IMG/VR virus record: IMGVR_UViG_3300049896_000002
Coordinates: 1 to 63,447 of that record
DNA length: 63,447 nucleotides
Strand: one strand, 5' to 3'
DNA from: a virus
Lineage: Duplodnaviria; Caudoviricetes
The position numbers were made by a program, and so were the translations under genes. Under the pieces are notes generated by a model that did no database searches, was not told the DNA's origin, and saw only the letters and a list, made by a program, of their open reading frames with translations. Of this stretch, positions 1-8,877 are shown piece by piece (position 1 is the stretch's first letter; the number at the start of each line of letters is the position of its first letter).

Positions 1-54
1 GTCGTTTGCGGCGTCTTACCATCGCAAGTTAATCGTGTTAACTAAATACTCGTA
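1..54. repeat. Left copy of 54-bp imperfect terminal direct repeat
   Basis: Matches 63394-63447 at 49/54 positions; contains the 3' end of the beta-clamp gene. Confidence 0.9.
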
Positions 55-1155
55 TTGAAACTCTCTTGCCGCCACAGGTGACAGCCGGATCACGTGCGAG
101 CCTTCCGTGATCTCCACTCGTGTTTTCTCACCTGCTACGTCAAGGCCCAGATAGTCAATGACCTGCGTGCCGTTCATGCCGAGTGTGACGGAGTTGCCGT
201 TGAGGGACGGGCAGACGATTGGCACGGTTTCCTCTGACTTACCCTGATCGCCATCACGTGATTCGACTTGCAGCTCATCTGCGCTCACCAGCCACTTCAG
301 CCCATTAATCACAAACGACGGTTTATCGTCACTGGTTACAAGCGCGCGCTTCAACGAGTCTGCCAGCACGCTTGTTTCAACCTCGGCGGTATGGTCATAT
401 TTAGCAGGAAACAGAGAGAGCCAATCCAGCGGCTTGTCTACCAGCAGCCGCATGGTTAGTAATCGCCCGGCAGAGCGAACCAGCATCAGATTACCGTTTG
501 CCGACACGCCGATCTCCATCTCGCCAGTGCTGAGCTTGCGCAACGCAGGAACAACTTGCTGCGGAGTGATGACGGCAAAGTCGCTACCCGCCAGCGGCGT
601 GCGCGCAATTGCCAGTCGCAGCTTGTTGGTAGCGGCGATAGTGAGTTGACCGTCAGCTAACGTCCAGTGCAGGCCGGTGAACTTCTGATCCCCCGTGCGC
701 ACGTCCCCAGTTGCGGCAAATACGGCAAACGCAGTGTGGTTGAGTATAGCGCTTAACAACTCGCCTTTAATTGTTACCGTTTCTGCGTCCACCGCATCCG
801 GCTCAGGAAAATCACCAGCGTTGTAACGAGGCAGCAAGTGTTTAGATCGCCCGCATTGCACTTTGATGCGTCCGGTATCCGTTTGCTCAAACGTTACTTC
901 GTCTTTCTCGAATAGTGCGACTAGCCGCGCCAGTGGCGTGATTGGCACACACCACGACTCGGGTTCGTTGACTAATCCTGGCAATGGAATCTCAGTTGTC
1001 AACGTCACGTCGATTGACGATGCGGTAAGGCGTAACCCGTCGCGTACTTCAAACCGCACGGTGTCGAGAATTGGCATTGTCACATACTTGCTGATGACGC
1101 TTTGCAGCAGGGACAGCTCAGTTGCGAGTAGCTTGCGGTTAACGGCGAATGTCAT
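16..1155 (-). CDS. dnaN: DNA polymerase III beta sliding clamp
   Basis: 379 aa; N-term TMPILDTV..LTASSID, AGDFPE, ATNKLRLA (ATDGHRLA-like), GMNGTQVIDYL; typical clamp length. Confidence 0.9.
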   Translation of the reverse strand: MTFAVNRKLLATELSLLQSVISKYVTMPILDTVRFEVRDGLRLTASSIDVTLTTEIPLPGLVNEPESWCVPITPLARLVALFEKDEVTFEQTDTGRIKVQCGRSKHLLPRYNAGDFPEPDAVDAETVTIKGELLSAILNHTAFAVFAATGDVRTGDQKFTGLHWTLADGQLTIAATNKLRLAIARTPLAGSDFAVITPQQVVPALRKLSTGEMEIGVSANGNLMLVRSAGRLLTMRLLVDKPLDWLSLFPAKYDHTAEVETSVLADSLKRALVTSDDKPSFVINGLKWLVSADELQVESRDGDQGKSEETVPIVCPSLNGNSVTLGMNGTQVIDYLGLDVAGEKTRVEITEGSHVIRLSPVAAREFQYEYLVNTINLRW

Positions 1156-1460
1156 TTGGCGGACTCGGCTTTCAACTCGGCAATCTGCTCGTTCAGTTCC
1201 TCAATTTTGGTTTCCAGCTTCTCGATCTGATCGTCGCGGCTGTCAATCTTGTTTTGCAGATCCACAGCTTCCTCGCCGAGCGCCTCGATCTGATCTTCCA
1301 GTGCTTCAACTTCTATGTCTTTAGCTGTTACAAATTGAATAGCGTTAGCGAGACACTCCACTTTCTCTGCCTCCGTCCGCACGCCTAGATGCAGCGGCCA
1401 GTGGCCTAATCGAGCGTTGGTTGCGAGTTCGTTTAGCTGGTTGTTGTCCATTGCTATCAT
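1152..1460 (-). CDS. Coiled-coil hypothetical protein
   Basis: Acidic heptad repeats; overlaps dnaN start; SD GGAGG upstream. Confidence 0.7.
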   Translation of the reverse strand: MIAMDNNQLNELATNARLGHWPLHLGVRTEAEKVECLANAIQFVTAKDIEVEALEDQIEALGEEAVDLQNKIDSRDDQIEKLETKIEELNEQIAELKAESAK

Positions 1461-1473
1461 TATCCTCCGCTTG

Positions 1474-1770
1474 TCATTCCCGCTTCTTAAGTGGCATAGC
1501 TATCTTCACGCCTCGTTCCCATGCCGCGCTAACAGACTCAGATATCTTGCGTTTAGTTTCAGCAGACATCTTGAATCCTTTTCGCTGTCCGCGCCTACGT
1601 GGCTTGTGACAATCACAATCCCCTATCTCCGCATCCCAGCACTGGTTACAAATGCCAGCTAGTTCCTGAATCACGCGATCTGCGTCATCATCGCTGAGGA
1701 AGTATCGCAACCGCTTGGAGAATAACGTGGGCGTGTCTATTAACGAGTCAATGCCGATTCTTTGGGCCAT
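1474..1770 (-). CDS. Hypothetical protein with Cys cluster and NUMOD3-like DNA-binding motif
   Basis: CNQC..CDC then KGFKMSAETKRKISES. Confidence 0.65.
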   Translation of the reverse strand: MAQRIGIDSLIDTPTLFSKRLRYFLSDDDADRVIQELAGICNQCWDAEIGDCDCHKPRRRGQRKGFKMSAETKRKISESVSAAWERGVKIAMPLKKRE

Positions 1771-1779
1771 CAGTTACTC

Positions 1780-2082
1780 CTAGTCTTGAAAGTAGCAGCG
1801 CTCATCGCTGTCGAAAGGATCAATGTTTAGGTTTACGCTAGAACTAGCACGGTAACATCCACAGCCCATTGGAATTGCCATGTGGCCTTCATGCGCGCTG
1901 TGACCTTCTATTAAACTACCGCAACCACATGTTTCAGGATCAATTGCTGTTTGACAGCCTTCACAATAGCGAAACCTGCACGGGCAACCAATGCAGATAT
2001 AAGCAAGCGCCTTACCGGCATGGCGATGCTTACAGTCAAAACAATTCCAGCCTTCATGTTCAGCCGTACCCATCCCCTTCAC
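1780..2082 (-). CDS. Cys/His-rich hypothetical protein
   Basis: Many CxxC/CxC motifs; in operon order. Confidence 0.6.
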   Translation of the reverse strand: MKGMGTAEHEGWNCFDCKHRHAGKALAYICIGCPCRFRYCEGCQTAIDPETCGCGSLIEGHSAHEGHMAIPMGCGCYRASSSVNLNIDPFDSDERCYFQD

Positions 2083-2318
2083 CCTTCCTTTGCCAGTTGG
2101 GCCAGCGGTAGTTGCGCCATCTGCTCTTCGTAAGTCGCAACAGCCCCAGCGAGTCGCGTACTCCAGTCTCTGCCGTTGTTGTACCAGTATTGCGCGGCCT
2201 CAACCACCTTCGCCTGTCTATCAACTTGTGCCGCGAGTGTCGCATTCAACGCCTCAAGTTGATGTATACGCCGGATGGCGACATCGTATAAATCCATACC
2301 GTCTTTCGTTGCCATCAT
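2079..2318 (-). CDS. Hypothetical protein
   Basis: Stop/start overlaps with both neighbours. Confidence 0.6.
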   Translation of the reverse strand: MMATKDGMDLYDVAIRRIHQLEALNATLAAQVDRQAKVVEAAQYWYNNGRDWSTRLAGAVATYEEQMAQLPLAQLAKEG

Positions 2319-2887
2319 CGATCCTCCCCGACATCAATTGTCTCGTTTAACTCCGGCATCAACTGGTCTGGCTCACTCACACCCCATGCCCATACCCAAG
2401 TTCGCTCACCAATCCCATCGTCATAGCGCCGTCGCATGTGCAAGTCAGTCACCCGTGCGTCGTTCGTCCACCAGCGTGCAATCTGACCTGCGTCGAATAT
2501 CGCGCGTGCAATCTTGTCAATGTCGCGGCCTGCCGCTGGCAACTTCGGCGCGTTAGGCTTTAACTCTCCCGCGTGCCCGCCTGTCCGATAGTGCGTTTGC
2601 GGCCTTGGCACATAGAGCTTGATATTCACTGCCACTGGTCCATCAAGCGGCTTGTCAGGCTTGTGTCGTTGCATCGCGTCAACCAGTTCCTGTCGCCAGC
2701 TTTTCAACGCCTTGTCATTGTCGTCCACGATGACCACGCGCTTTAGGTGCGGGTGCATGAATCCACGCTTGCTGCCCTGTGTTTGTGCTGGACCCCACAC
2801 GCAGGCGGAACCGAGCCACGCGGTAGGCTGAGCAAGTGAAACTGTCCTGTTTGGCTCACTATCCCAGTTGTCGAATAGTCCGCTCAT
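2315..2887 (-). CDS. rusA: RusA-family Holliday junction resolvase
   Basis: P..QGSKR, DIDKIARAIFDA, NDARV acidic catalytic pattern. Confidence 0.85.
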   Translation of the reverse strand: MSGLFDNWDSEPNRTVSLAQPTAWLGSACVWGPAQTQGSKRGFMHPHLKRVVIVDDNDKALKSWRQELVDAMQRHKPDKPLDGPVAVNIKLYVPRPQTHYRTGGHAGELKPNAPKLPAAGRDIDKIARAIFDAGQIARWWTNDARVTDLHMRRRYDDGIGERTWVWAWGVSEPDQLMPELNETIDVGEDR

Positions 2888-3421
2888 CTAAACTTTTCCC
2901 ACATAAGCCAGTGATCTCTCTAGTATCACCTGCACTTGTTCATGTTTTCCGTATGCCTTCCTACTCACCACTTCAACTAACCTCGAATCATCCGTATCCC
3001 ATTTAGCGAACAGTGTATCGATAACAAGCTTCTCAAGATTCTGTACATCTACTCGTCTTAGCTTGCCCGCCTTCGTCAGCCACGAGGGAGATTCGTAGAC
3101 CAGCGTCAACTTCAATAACCAGTTTGTAGGCCAGCGACAGGGAGTGACGTAGGGCAGGGTGCGAGTGCGCCACAATGCGGCCTGATCGTTCAACCTCACC
3201 ACCCCGGTCCTAATCATGTAGTTCGTATCGTGAAGTCGGTTTGTGCTGGGAGGGAAGCTGGGAAGAGTGAACCAGATTAACTCACCCTCCCCGCTCTCCC
3301 CGTTACCGACACTGCCCCCCAATGTCGGTGTGCCGCATGTCAAGTCTACTGTCATTGGTTTGATTTGAACCGTGCGGAGATCGTCGGATTCCCACCGATA
3401 CCTGTTATCAGTACCGAGCAC
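2888..3421 (-). CDS. Second RusA-like resolvase
   Basis: FPPSTN, RRVDVQNLEKLVIDTL, DDSRLVE; start uncertain. Confidence 0.75.
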   Translation of the reverse strand: MLGTDNRYRWESDDLRTVQIKPMTVDLTCGTPTLGGSVGNGESGEGELIWFTLPSFPPSTNRLHDTNYMIRTGVVRLNDQAALWRTRTLPYVTPCRWPTNWLLKLTLVYESPSWLTKAGKLRRVDVQNLEKLVIDTLFAKWDTDDSRLVEVVSRKAYGKHEQVQVILERSLAYVGKV

Positions 3422-3456
3422 TGCCCGTCTCGGCCAATCCTCCGCACGAACCCTGA

Positions 3457-4113
3457 CTAGGCTTGCGCGGCCTCCGCCACATCCGCCTTTGCTGCCTGTT
3501 TAGGTTGACCGCGATAAATGAGCTTATTCTCGTACTCGTCAACGTAGACGTACTTGCCGGTCACGTTATCCTTCACCTGGCGCCGGTCCTTTGTAATGTC
3601 CACGATCACCTTGCGACCAACGAGCGACTTGCGAAATGCCGCATCATTCCTCGGTGCAGGATTGGTAGGAAAGCCCAGCGCTGTTAGGAAGGCGTTGTAG
3701 TCGCCAAACCCATTGCCGTCAGGCTCGTAGTACCTGGTCGGCTTTCCGGCGGCATTGACGCTAAAATCATATGCCTTACGGTTGACTGCGCTGAGAATTC
3801 GCGGGAAGAAATGTTTGTTCTTATACTTACCCTTCCCGTCAACTCCCTTTTCACCCACCACTAGCATAGGTTCAAGGTTAGCCAGCTTCCACTCTTCCTT
3901 GTCCTCCGGCGTGTACACGTCAAGCTTAATGGACTTGATGTACATCTCAACACCTTTGACGGGTTCAATTACATCTGACCGCTCCATCTGTTCGGCGGCA
4001 TGGATGTCCTCGCCCTCCGCTACGAACTCTTCCTCGTCATCCATCCCTTCTTTCAGCGATGCTGGCATGTCGTCAATTTCTTCTGCTACTTCGCTATCTG
4101 TTTCGTAGGCCAT
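3457..4113 (-). CDS. Putative single-stranded DNA-binding protein
   Basis: Follows Sak4-like ATPase; GKYKNKHFF and SLVGRKVIVDI resemble phage DUF669-type SSBs; acidic N-term. Confidence 0.5.
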   Translation of the reverse strand: MAYETDSEVAEEIDDMPASLKEGMDDEEEFVAEGEDIHAAEQMERSDVIEPVKGVEMYIKSIKLDVYTPEDKEEWKLANLEPMLVVGEKGVDGKGKYKNKHFFPRILSAVNRKAYDFSVNAAGKPTRYYEPDGNGFGDYNAFLTALGFPTNPAPRNDAAFRKSLVGRKVIVDITKDRRQVKDNVTGKYVYVDEYENKLIYRGQPKQAAKADVAEAAQA

Positions 4114-4121
4114 GATTATTG

Positions 4122-5144
4122 TTATGCTCCTTTGGTCTTATTGTTGGTGGTTGTCGTGGTTGTAGTAGTTGGTACTACTGTTGGTGTGCTCTCAATGTTT
4201 GGCTGAGCAGCGTTAGCTGTAGGATTTGGTTGCCGTGTATCGGCGTTCGCTATCTTGGCTATAATGGTTTTATACAGATTGCCATTAGTGAGCCTCAAGG
4301 TTCCCAGCCCGAAGCGATTCTTTGCCAGGATCACGGTGTCCAACGACTCTGAGCGGGTGCGCCGACAATAGGCGTAATACTGGACCACTTCCTTACCATT
4401 CGCATCCTGTTCTAATCTATCCTCCAAATAGATCATCGCACTCGGTAAGCCCGCAATGCGTTGTCTGAATGAGCCGAGTACCTGTGGGCTTAGATCCGAA
4501 TCGAGATTGACTTGACGCTTACCTGCCGCGGCCTGTTCCTGCTGTAAAGGAGTGCGCGCTGACTGGACGCCTTCAATCGTATTCTTTGACTCGCGCTGAA
4601 CGTGGCTTGAGACGATGACATTGAGCCTGTCGCGCGTAGCCAGTGGGAGTAGATTCTGAAGAACGAGGTGGTCCAAATAAGACCCTAACGCGTCATACCA
4701 ACCACGCTGATCCGACTCCTTACGGTCCATCGCCTGCTTCTCAGTCCACACGACTCCCTTTGACTCGCATATCTGCGTCCACTTCAAGGTGGCGAGATAG
4801 TTGAAACCGTCTAAAAATACCGTCTCAATCCTCTTCTCGCCCAGCGGACCAAGCTTACGAGCCAGTGCGAGAGCACCGTAGATCCCACGTTCGCTGGGTG
4901 TTTCGGTGAACTGGAATACTTCGTTGAGCGGAATGCCGTTCAACGGTACGTGGATGACGAGGTTGTCAATGTACTTCTGGTTTTCGGGCTGGCGTAACAC
5001 GTCCGTACCGGTTGGATCGAAGGTTATGATCATTACCTTGGGGAAGGTCATGCCTTGCAGGGTTTTGCCGCTACCTGCGCCGCCGTTCAACCAAATTGAT
5101 AAACCATTAGGCTTCAGAAACTCTTCTTTATTTATAAACGGCAT
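4122..5144 (-). CDS. AAA_24 / Sak4-like ATPase (recombination)
   Basis: Walker A GGAGSGKT, Walker B TVFLDG, NVIVSSH, AKNRFG. Confidence 0.8.
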   Translation of the reverse strand: MPFINKEEFLKPNGLSIWLNGGAGSGKTLQGMTFPKVMIITFDPTGTDVLRQPENQKYIDNLVIHVPLNGIPLNEVFQFTETPSERGIYGALALARKLGPLGEKRIETVFLDGFNYLATLKWTQICESKGVVWTEKQAMDRKESDQRGWYDALGSYLDHLVLQNLLPLATRDRLNVIVSSHVQRESKNTIEGVQSARTPLQQEQAAAGKRQVNLDSDLSPQVLGSFRQRIAGLPSAMIYLEDRLEQDANGKEVVQYYAYCRRTRSESLDTVILAKNRFGLGTLRLTNGNLYKTIIAKIANADTRQPNPTANAAQPNIESTPTVVPTTTTTTTTNNKTKGA

Positions 5145-5488
5145 TAGTCGGTCAGTGCCTCCTCTGTTTGTTGACTGAAATCGGATTCAGGCTCAGGTGC
5201 CACGGGCGGCCAATCCGGCTTTTGGATCAACGCCTCTTCTATCCACTGATCTATCTGTTCAGAACTGGCACCAGCATCCTCGGCAAGTTTAAGTATTTCG
5301 CGCGGGTTAGTAACGTAGGTTACTGGTTGCGGCGATAGGAACGCGCTCTCGGTTTCCAGTCTTATCGCAATCGCTTTTACCAGCGTCTCGGCGTCCACTG
5401 AAAAGCGACCAATGGTATTTTGAGTACGTTGTAATTTGCGAATCTGGTCTTGAAACGCAGCAATTTGCTCGTCGGTATTTTCAGACAC
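5144..5488 (-). CDS. Hypothetical protein
   Basis: Coupled to neighbours; SD AAAGGTGG. Confidence 0.6.
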   Translation of the reverse strand: MSENTDEQIAAFQDQIRKLQRTQNTIGRFSVDAETLVKAIAIRLETESAFLSPQPVTYVTNPREILKLAEDAGASSEQIDQWIEEALIQKPDWPPVAPEPESDFSQQTEEALTD

Positions 5489-5646
5489 TAGAAAACCACC
5501 TTTCCGATAACTATTGCCATGAATGCCAGAATTGCTAAAACATTAATAATTGTAGCCACGATCATTACCGTCATACGTCTCTGCTCAATTCGTTCACGGT
5601 TAATCCGCGCTTGGACGTTATGTTCTTCAATTTCCCTGCTAGTCAT
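5488..5646 (-). CDS. Small single-TM protein (52 aa, not in ORF track)
   Basis: MTSREIEEHN...MTVMIVATIINVLAILAFMAIVIGKVVF; fills the gap exactly; SD GGAGG. Confidence 0.65.
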   Translation of the reverse strand: MTSREIEEHNVQARINRERIEQRRMTVMIVATIINVLAILAFMAIVIGKVVF

Positions 5647-6845
5647 GCCTCCGCCTCCTCAATCTCTTCACATAAATCAATCTCAGGGTCTTGCCGTACA
5701 GGTCGAGTTGAATCGTGCTCGCCCTCGTGTCCCGGCGCCAGCCAACATCTCTCCCCACTCGCCGCAATCCTCGTACAGCGTTCCCTGTACTGACTATCAA
5801 TCAACTCTCTATCCCTCGGCCACTGGTAACCTGCCTCACATATCTTATGATATGCACATAAAATCGCCCCACGCTTACAATAGTTGGTGTTATAGCCCCA
5901 AGTGCCCGCTTTCCTGTCGGCCTCAATCTTCCTTACCCATGAAGTGAAATTGTCGCGCTCGGCTTGGATAGCCTCCCTGTTGGGGTTAAAGGACATGCGC
6001 TTAAAGTCTCGCCAATCTCCGGCAGGAAGCTGGACCCCTTTGTCTGGCCCAGTGCGCGGCGTGTAGGCTTTAGTGCGATGACGGAAGCTTGCGGCGTTGA
6101 TGTAGAACCCACCTACCTCCCCGTACTTACCCTGTAAGTGGTCCATGTACTGGCGGATCTGTGAGTGAGGGTCAAACTGGAGCCAGTAGTCAGAGTTTAA
6201 GTATTTCCCTGTGGACTTGCTATCTACTCCATAGATCAACCCATCGCGCCTATCTCGCACCACAAGATCCAGCACTACCGTCCTTGAGTCTCCGTCATCC
6301 GTCTCATGATTGTCGCGCGATTGGACTGAGACTACTTCCCACCACTGGTCCTCTTCCTGCCACTTGTCTACATAGTCGGCAATACCGACTAGTCCGCTTG
6401 CGTATGTCTTACCAGTGGACCAGTAGGGTAGAGTGGCGGGATAGTCAGCCTGAGGGTAAGTATCCTCAAATGCCCGCTGAGCTATTTCAACGTTGCCTCG
6501 CTTATACCATGCATTCATCGCCGCGTCCCACGCCTTGCCAAACCTCAAGTCATGCTCACTTTCGCCGATCTGAACCAGCGCGTCTTCATATCGAAACTTG
6601 TAGAGCGTTGGGCAGGATGCGTAAGTAGAGATTTGAGAGTAGGAGTAACGATGCGCCTTGCTCAAACACGCTCCACCAAGATCCGCTTCCGCTTTTCCAC
6701 ACACGGAGCAAATTGCTAGCCCGCCATCGCAAACCTTACAATGAGAATAAGACTGCTTATCACAGGGACAGGTTTCAGTAGTTAGCAGGACGTGTGCGGA
6801 CATTTGACTCTTTCCAGCAAGCGGCAACGAGCGGCTCGCATTCAT
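5643..6845 (-). CDS. PD-(D/E)XK nuclease (RecB/Cas4-like exonuclease)
   Basis: YSYSQISTYASCP, FGKAWDAAM, LDLV..DSKST, QIRQY, C-x6-C-x5-C; extra N- and C-terminal Zn-finger-like segments. Confidence 0.85.
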   Translation of the reverse strand: MNASRSLPLAGKSQMSAHVLLTTETCPCDKQSYSHCKVCDGGLAICSVCGKAEADLGGACLSKAHRYSYSQISTYASCPTLYKFRYEDALVQIGESEHDLRFGKAWDAAMNAWYKRGNVEIAQRAFEDTYPQADYPATLPYWSTGKTYASGLVGIADYVDKWQEEDQWWEVVSVQSRDNHETDDGDSRTVVLDLVVRDRRDGLIYGVDSKSTGKYLNSDYWLQFDPHSQIRQYMDHLQGKYGEVGGFYINAASFRHRTKAYTPRTGPDKGVQLPAGDWRDFKRMSFNPNREAIQAERDNFTSWVRKIEADRKAGTWGYNTNYCKRGAILCAYHKICEAGYQWPRDRELIDSQYRERCTRIAASGERCWLAPGHEGEHDSTRPVRQDPEIDLCEEIEEAEA

Positions 6846-6876
6846 TTCAGTCTAGGTAAAACTTTCAATGCGCGGC

Positions 6877-6905
6877 ACTCTAGCAAAAGTGCAATACCTT
6901 GTCAA
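6877..6905 (-). promoter_or_regulatory. sigma70-type promoter of the replication/recombination operon
   Basis: TTGACA-17-TAGAGT on minus strand. Confidence 0.75.
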
Positions 6906-6970
6906 GAAAATCTTCTTAATCAAATTGACCTATTGCTTTTTCGCAAGAACCGGCTATAAGATACCACGCT

Positions 6971-7186
6971 ATGACTATTCCGGGCTTCATGCTGGTGGAA
7001 GAGGCAGCTGACGCGCTGGGTGTTTCGAGGCAGCGAGTGAGGCAGCTAACAGGTAACGGGAAACTTCCTTCACAAAAGATCGGTCCGGCGCTTATAATCC
7101 CGATCTCCGCCGTCATCGACCGTAAGGCAAAACAGCAAGCGGAAAAACGCCGTCAGGCACGACGCGCCAATAGTGGCTGTAAGTAA
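6971..7186 (+). CDS. HTH_17 (excisionase-like) DNA-binding protein
   Basis: EEAADALGVSRQRVRQL..GKLPSQKIG. Confidence 0.85.
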   Translation: MTIPGFMLVEEAADALGVSRQRVRQLTGNGKLPSQKIGPALIIPISAVIDRKAKQQAEKRRQARRANSGCK

Positions 7187-7198
7187 AACCACCGCCAA

Positions 7199-8479
7199 AT
7201 GTCAAGATCCTCCACAGTACAGAGCCATATCCGTCTAAAGTCCTTTCACCTCCAGCGTCATCCCAATACAGCCTTTAGTCTGGGAGAATGGAAGCGCTAC
7301 CTCGATGGTCGCTGGCAACGAGTAGCAGACATGCAGGTGAGGCGAGAAGTGCAGGAGATAGCGGTACGATACGGTACGACGGTGGTAACGGCACCGCTGG
7401 TCAGTTCGATCTACTCACTCCTTCAGCAGCATGTGTTTTTATCCGATGATACCTTCGACTCACAAGTGGATCTCATTACCTTTCTCGACTGCGTGTTGAG
7501 CGTGTCCACCGGAGAGACGCGCGAGTGTAAACCGGAAGACTACGTAACCTCTCGCCTTCCCTTTCACTACTACCCGGAGGCCAGATCCGATGCCTGGATG
7601 CAGGCGCTCGCGATGACAGAGCCGGAGTACGTACCATTCTTGCAGGAGTTTGCCGGTTACTGTCTCACCCCCTCTACCGCGCACGAACTCGCTCTCTGGT
7701 GCTGGGGCGAGCCGGGAAGCGCCAAGTCTACCTTCATCACCGGACTGGAGGCGATGCTGGGCGCGCGCTGTTGCACGCTCGGGCTTGCCGACATTGAGCG
7801 ATCGCAATTTGCCCTCGCACAAATTCCCGGCAAGACCCTCGCGATTTCCACTGAGCAACCTTCTCGCTTCGTCAAGTGCTCTCATGTGCTCAACTCTCTC
7901 ATCTCCGGCGAATCCCTCATCTGGGAGCGGAAGTTCATCGATCCAATCACAATTCGTCCAATGGTCAAGCTCGTCTGGGCGATGAATGAACTGCCACGTA
8001 TTGATTCATCGGGTGTCGGCCTCTTTCGTCGCGTAGTGCCTGTGCCGTGGCGCAAGGTCGAGAAGCCTGACCCAGCAGTGAAGGAAGCCGTCAAACTCTC
8101 CGGCCAGGCGATCTTCAACTGGGCCTACGAAGGGCTGCGACGCCTGAATGAGCGCGGTAGATTTGACATCCCCGCTGGACTCATCACTGAACGAGAAACA
8201 TACAGAATCCAAAATGACATTCCACAACTATTTATTGAGGAGATGTGTGAGCGCGTAGACACCTTTGACGAAAACGGTCACTATGTTCGAATTCAGTCCG
8301 CTGTTTTGTACTTCAATTATAAGCAATGGTGCCTAAATACGAGCCATAAACCGTTGTCTTCTACGGCTTTTGGACTGGAAGTAAAGCGTCTTGGGATAGA
8401 GAAGACTATGATTGATGGAAAGGTCTGGTATCTCGGAATTCGTTTTAGGCCAACAGATGACCATGAAGTCGAAATGTAA
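7199..8479 (+). CDS. D5/P4-family SF3 helicase lacking a primase domain
   Basis: D5_N-like region, Walker A GEPGSAKST, WAMNELP, LFRRV, C-terminal winged helix (LYFNYKQWC). Confidence 0.9.
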   Translation: MSRSSTVQSHIRLKSFHLQRHPNTAFSLGEWKRYLDGRWQRVADMQVRREVQEIAVRYGTTVVTAPLVSSIYSLLQQHVFLSDDTFDSQVDLITFLDCVLSVSTGETRECKPEDYVTSRLPFHYYPEARSDAWMQALAMTEPEYVPFLQEFAGYCLTPSTAHELALWCWGEPGSAKSTFITGLEAMLGARCCTLGLADIERSQFALAQIPGKTLAISTEQPSRFVKCSHVLNSLISGESLIWERKFIDPITIRPMVKLVWAMNELPRIDSSGVGLFRRVVPVPWRKVEKPDPAVKEAVKLSGQAIFNWAYEGLRRLNERGRFDIPAGLITERETYRIQNDIPQLFIEEMCERVDTFDENGHYVRIQSAVLYFNYKQWCLNTSHKPLSSTAFGLEVKRLGIEKTMIDGKVWYLGIRFRPTDDHEVEM

Positions 8480-8487
8480 CCTCTCAG

Positions 8488-8587
8488 GTAGGCAGTGTAG
8501 ACACGCAGCTCTATTAAGAGTATATATTGATTACGCGGGTAAGGGTAAAGTATTGTCTTAAATAGAGTTAGTCTCTATACCCCCTAC
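8488..8587. other. Putative replication origin (imperfect 32-bp inverted repeat around an AT-containing spacer)
   Basis: 8488-8519 gtaggcagtgtagacacgcagctctattaaga vs reverse complement of 8556-8587 gtagggggtatagagactaactctatttaaga, directly after helicase. Confidence 0.55.
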
Positions 8588-8714
8588 ATTCGACTGTTTT
8601 ACGGGGATTTAACAGTGAGAGATTTAATCAGTCAGATTGACAGATTAGATCTATCGCTAGATCTGGTAACGTCTACGGTGGTTGGTTATTGTAGATCGTC
8701 TTCATTAAGTCCTT

Positions 8715-8852
8715 TCATCGCAGATCCTCTCCCTCTTTCTCCTGCTGAGCGGTGAGACGAAAGATACAGCGCGGACAGAACCATGGCGTAGATTTAGACC
8801 AACGCACCATGCGAGCACCACAGCAACAGCGTCTAACTTCGACCTGGGTCAT
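8715..8852 (-). CDS. Small Cys-rich protein (45 aa, not in ORF track)
   Basis: MTQVEVRRCCCGARM...WFCPRC; strong SD GGAGG. Confidence 0.55.
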   Translation of the reverse strand: MTQVEVRRCCCGARMVRWSKSTPWFCPRCIFRLTAQQEKEGEDLR

Positions 8853-8877
8853 CCCCTCCCTCTCCTTTAGCGAGTGA

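Noticed and set aside
1-54. attL/attR of an integrated prophage
   Set aside because: No integrase recognised and the operon is continuous across the junction
5643-6845. cas4 / CRISPR system
   Set aside because: No array or other cas genes; context is a Sak4-SSB recombination module
6971-7186. True excisionase
   Set aside because: No integrase; position beside divergent promoters fits a regulator
8743-8765. Hammerhead ribozyme (ctgagcgg..gaaa)
   Set aside because: Lacks the CUGANGA core and flanking stems; opposite strand is a plausible small gene
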